64,000 nucleotides of DNA from Patescibacteria group bacterium. Its GTDB lineage: Bacteria > Patescibacteriota > CPR2 > UBA1875. The notes beneath the pieces were generated by a model. That model ran no database searches. It saw only the letters and a list, made by a program, of their open reading frames with translations, and was not told where the DNA came from. Of this stretch, positions 60,994-64,000 are shown piece after piece. The DNA lies in assembly GCA_041737595.1 (NCBI GenBank), contig JBGSRK010000010.1:117375-181374 (forward strand), given 5' to 3'. The translations under genes and the position numbers were made by a program. Each line of letters begins with the position of its first letter. Position 1 is the stretch's first letter.

Positions 60994-61620
60994 TTAACTA
61001 AAATTCTTTATTACCCCGATTACCTTACCTTGGATCATAAATGTGCCAAGTTTAGGGATGATTGATTTATGTTCTTTATTTGATGATACTGGTTCAAATA
61101 TTACTTTATTTTTATCAAGTCTTAATCTTTTTACTGTTGCTTCTGTCCCGATTAAAACAACCACTTTATCTCCTGGCAATCCTGAACTTTGTTTTCTAAA
61201 AACGATATAATCTCCATTATCAATCCCAGCCATATTCATTGAGTCTCCTTTTGCCCGTAACATAAATACGTCTTGAGTTTGTCCAACTAGTTTAGTTGAA
61301 ATTGGGATCCATTCTTCAATCATTTCTTCTGCCCAAATTGGCATCCCACAGGCAACATTCCCAACAAGCGGGACTTGAACCATTTCGTCTGGCGCCTTAC
61401 CTGTTTCATTAGAAACAACAATGATACCACGAGCTTTTCCTTCGATTTTTTTAATGAAACCTTTTGCCTCCAGAGAGCGTAAATGGGCAACAACTCCCAT
61501 TGGTGCAGCACAACCTATTTTAAGTTGCAGTTCTCGTACGGTAGGTGCCTGACCAGTTAAATTAATTGATTCTTTAATCCAGCCAAGGACTTTTTTCTGT
61601 TTTTCTGTTAATTGTTTCAT
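60994..61620 (-). CDS. lexA: LexA repressor
   Basis: N-terminal wHTH (LTEKQKKVLGWIKESINLTGQAPTVRELQ) and a C-terminal S24 peptidase with Ser (GDSMNMAGI) and Lys (VKRL). I take the start at MKQLTEKQ (61620) rather than the table's 61644. Confidence 0.85.
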   Translation of the reverse strand: MKQLTEKQKKVLGWIKESINLTGQAPTVRELQLKIGCAAPMGVVAHLRSLEAKGFIKKIEGKARGIIVVSNETGKAPDEMVQVPLVGNVACGMPIWAEEMIEEWIPISTKLVGQTQDVFMLRAKGDSMNMAGIDNGDYIVFRKQSSGLPGDKVVVLIGTEATVKRLRLDKNKVIFEPVSSNKEHKSIIPKLGTFMIQGKVIGVIKNFS

Positions 61621-61649
61621 ATAAGCACTCCCCTTGTATACCACTATTG

Positions 61650-61740
61650 TACACTATAACTTATCCACAGGTCAAGAATATTATAAATATATAAATATAG
61701 TATACATAAAGCTAAATAGCAAATATTATGTATACTATAT
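61650..61740. promoter_or_regulatory. Three copies of 11-mer TGTAYACTATA (two forming a 13-nt inverted repeat) upstream of lexA; candidate SOS/LexA boxes
   Basis: tgtacactata (about 61650), atatagtatacat (61695..61707) and atgtatactatat (61728..61740) are reverse complements of each other. Confidence 0.4.
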
Positions 61741-61762
61741 ATAAAAGAGACTATTTTATATA

Positions 61763-62266
61763 TTATCTATAATTATTAAATTGAAGTGGGACTGTAATAT
61801 CCTCTCGAGTTCTTAGAAGTTGCATTACTCCCTGAAGTTCATCTCTTGATGTTGAGGAGACTCGTATTGTATCACCCTGGATATTTGCTTTCACTTTTGG
61901 GTATACTTCACGAATAATTTTAGTAATTGATTTTGCTTTTTCGGAATCAAGCCCTTTTTTAAATGGAACCTTTTTTCTTACTCTCCCACCTGATGCTTCT
62001 TCATTTGTTACTGATTTATCAAGAATTTTGAGTGAAAGATCTCTTTTCACCATTTTTGATTCTAAAATATCTATAAGGGCGGTTAATTTATAATCAGAAT
62101 CTACATTTATAATAAGACCAGATTTATTTTCATCAAAGTCAATTTGTGGGTTAGTCCCCTTAAAATCATATCTATTCTCGGCTTCTCTTTTTGTTTGGTC
62201 TACAGCGTTATTCATTTCCTGAATGTCAAATTCAGATACGATATCAAACGTTGATTCTTTACTCAT
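61763..62266 (-). CDS. yajQ: YajQ-family nucleotide-binding protein (UPF0234)
   Basis: 167 aa. MSKESTFDIVSEFDIQEMNNAVDQTKREAENRYDFKG aligns with YajQ. Confidence 0.8.
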   Translation of the reverse strand: MSKESTFDIVSEFDIQEMNNAVDQTKREAENRYDFKGTNPQIDFDENKSGLIINVDSDYKLTALIDILESKMVKRDLSLKILDKSVTNEEASGGRVRKKVPFKKGLDSEKAKSITKIIREVYPKVKANIQGDTIRVSSTSRDELQGVMQLLRTREDITVPLQFNNYR

Positions 62267-62274
62267 AAAACCTC

Positions 62275-63252
62275 CTAAATTGAATTTTTATTATATTCTT
62301 TGTTATTTATTTTTTCACCAGGTCTACCAAGAACACCAAGATCATTTCCGTTTAAATTAACCCGAACACTTCCACCATCAGATGCTGTAATTACGATCTT
62401 TTCTTTTGCTCTTACAGTTTGGACTGAACCTGGAAGCATAACAGCATTTTTTTCAGAAAGAGGCTTCCCATCCACCTCAATATAAAAGGAAACTGAGTTT
62501 GGTCCAATATCAAATTTTGCAACCAAATCTTGGTCTTGTCCATTATTATTTATAATTATTGCTTGTGGTTTTGAAAGAACCGTAATTGATTTATCGGTTT
62601 GTTTCCCAAGCTTGTTTTTACTTGTTATATTTATTAAATTAACACCTTCTTGTAAACTTACTTTTTCTTTAAATTTACCATCCGGTGTTGCACTAATTTG
62701 AATATTGTTTATAAATACATCCGAGCCACTATCAGTAAAGCCATCGACAATTATCGAGTCCTCTTCAACTTTTGTATTATCAGCAGGACTTGTTATTGTA
62801 ATTTTTGGTGGCGCTGCGAGGATACTTATTTGCCAACTTATATAAAAAACTATTAATAAAGCAGAGAATATTGCTGAACCGATAGCTAATTTTTTTGGTG
62901 TTATAAGCACCTTTTGAGGTTTAAATTTAGTTTTTTTTGGTTCATTCTTCTCTGGGGTTGTAGCTTTTTTTATATTTTCAGAAAGACCTCTTTCTCTTAA
63001 ATATAAATTAACCACTTTTACGGGGTCTAGTTTCAGAAATATCGCATAATTTTTTAAAAATCCTTTTACATAAACATCTGGTGGTAGTTTTGAAAAATCA
63101 CCACTTTCCAATGCTTCAATATGTTTTGCTCTAATTCTTGTGGCTCTTTCTGTTTCTTTTATATCATAACCCAAAGAAAATCGCTTTTTAGCGAGTTTTT
63201 CACCGAGTGCTTCACGCTCGGGGATTGTTTTTCTAGTAAATTTTGGGGTCAT
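62275..63252 (-). CDS. RodZ-like membrane protein (N-terminal XRE-type HTH, TM, periplasmic domain)
   Basis: 325 aa with HTH ...LGEKLAKKRFSLGYDIKETERATRIRAKHIEALESGDF, and a TM at about residue 120. Confidence 0.5.
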   Translation of the reverse strand: MTPKFTRKTIPEREALGEKLAKKRFSLGYDIKETERATRIRAKHIEALESGDFSKLPPDVYVKGFLKNYAIFLKLDPVKVVNLYLRERGLSENIKKATTPEKNEPKKTKFKPQKVLITPKKLAIGSAIFSALLIVFYISWQISILAAPPKITITSPADNTKVEEDSIIVDGFTDSGSDVFINNIQISATPDGKFKEKVSLQEGVNLINITSKNKLGKQTDKSITVLSKPQAIIINNNGQDQDLVAKFDIGPNSVSFYIEVDGKPLSEKNAVMLPGSVQTVRAKEKIVITASDGGSVRVNLNGNDLGVLGRPGEKINNKEYNKNSI

Positions 63253-63332
63253 GGGGGGTTGGTTAATTATTTAAATAAAATTTTTACTTCTTGATTTTAG
63301 AATTAAATCGTAATAAAAAATAAAAATTTTAT

Positions 63333-64000
63333 TTAAATTTCTTCATCTTGTTCTTCAACTTCTTCTAAAACCTCAGAAATATCTGAAACTAGTACATCTC
63401 TTGGTCTTGCTCCATCGGCAGGGCCGATTATATCACGTTCTTCTAGTAGGTCCAAGAGTCTTGCTGCCCTCGCGTAACCTATCCTAAGACGTCTTTGCAG
63501 AAGAGATGCAGAGGCCTTACCTGCTGCGATTACACAATCTGCAGCATCAATAAACAAGTCATCATCTGGCGCACTAAGATCACCTAAAGACCCACGAACT
63601 GGCTGTTTTAATATTTCTTCATTATACTCTGGTTCTCCCTGAGATTTTATAAAGCTAGCGATACTATTAATCTCTTTTTCTCCAACCATCGCACCCTGAA
63701 TACGTTTTGGTTTTGGAGTTTCAGCTGAAACAAACAGCATATCACCCATTCCTAGTAATTTTTCTGCTCCAGATTGATCAAGAATTGTTCTTGAATCAAT
63801 TTGCGAAGCAACAGAAAAAGCAACTCTAGTTGTGACATTTGCTTTAATTAACCCTGTAATAACATCAACAGAAGGTCTTTGAGTTGCAAGAATAAGATGG
63901 ATCCCAATTGCACGAGCGAGTTGAGCAAGTCTAACAATATAGCCTTCAACCTCTTTCGCTGAGATTGCCATAAGTTGAGCAAGTTCATCAATCACAATTA
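63333..64000 (-). CDS. ftsK: DNA translocase FtsK/SpoIIIE, C-terminal part (5' portion beyond window end)
   Basis: ...LILATQRPSVDVITGLIKANVTTRVAFSVASQIDSRTILD... is the motor domain. The C-terminal winged-helix gamma domain reads SLLQRRLRIGYARAARLLDLLEERDII. The in-frame ORF is open to position 64000. Confidence 0.85.
   Translation of the reverse strand, partial: IVIDELAQLMAISAKEVEGYIVRLAQLARAIGIHLILATQRPSVDVITGLIKANVTTRVAFSVASQIDSRTILDQSGAEKLLGMGDMLFVSAETPKPKRIQGAMVGEKEINSIASFIKSQGEPEYNEEILKQPVRGSLGDLSAPDDDLFIDAADCVIAAGKASASLLQRRLRIGYARAARLLDLLEERDIIGPADGARPRDVLVSDISEVLEEVEEQDEEI

Overview
This 64-kb window looks like a low-GC (about 30-33% GC) bacterial chromosome. The reduced gene set, weak Shine-Dalgarno signals and gene families suggest a Candidate Phyla Radiation / Patescibacteria-like organism. 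It spans the replication origin: rpmH-rnpA-yidD-yidC-jag on the - strand, then dnaA-dnaN-recF-(DUF721) on the + strand, with DnaA boxes on both sides of dnaA. Other blocks are listed below.

1. Positions 1-23.4 kb: a large, almost entirely minus-strand cell-surface glycan locus. It holds a WecA/MraY-like initiating transferase, an Alg14/Alg13-like pair, about ten glycosyltransferases, a Wzy_C/O-antigen-ligase-family membrane protein, Wzm/Wzt ABC exporter genes (the ATPase is fused to a GT2-like domain), two paralogous secreted repeat proteins (one with a metzincin HEXXHXXGXXH motif), and rfbD-C-B-A plus galU. A TrpR-like (YerC/YecD) gene heads the locus, bracketed by identical 32-bp direct repeats that contain a palindrome.

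2. A secreted M23 peptidase, a roughly 50% GC 115-aa orphan ORF sitting between two hairpins, hsp20, comF, and three tRNAs (Ser-GCU, Ser-UGA, Lys-UUU). A structured 290-bp non-coding stretch lies between the tRNA-Ser genes and has a tmRNA-like 5' motif.

3. A lone pilB/gspE ATPase, then hrcA-grpE-dnaK-dnaJ on the - strand with a perfect CIRCE operator.

4. A receiver / histidine kinase / receiver trio next to a four-gene group 3b [NiFe]-hydrogenase operon (hydB-G-D-A), with hypC, a higher-GC unknown ORF and tRNA-Met downstream.

5. A Gram-positive-style type IV secretion (conjugation-like) module: four tandem VirB2/TrbC-like pilin paralogs, a VirB6-like protein, a VirB3/PrgI-like protein, a VirB4 ATPase split across two ORFs, a CHAP-domain hydrolase and a possible VirB8-like protein. 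No relaxase or coupling protein is present. A second TrpR-like paralog follows, also bracketed by copies of its own, different palindrome.

6. lexA, a four-helix-bundle protein, recA, yajQ, a RodZ-like protein, and the 3' part of ftsK.

I found no rRNA, CRISPR array or recognisable IS/transposon. Hand-derived coordinates (tRNAs, repeats, motifs) may be off by 1-2 nt.
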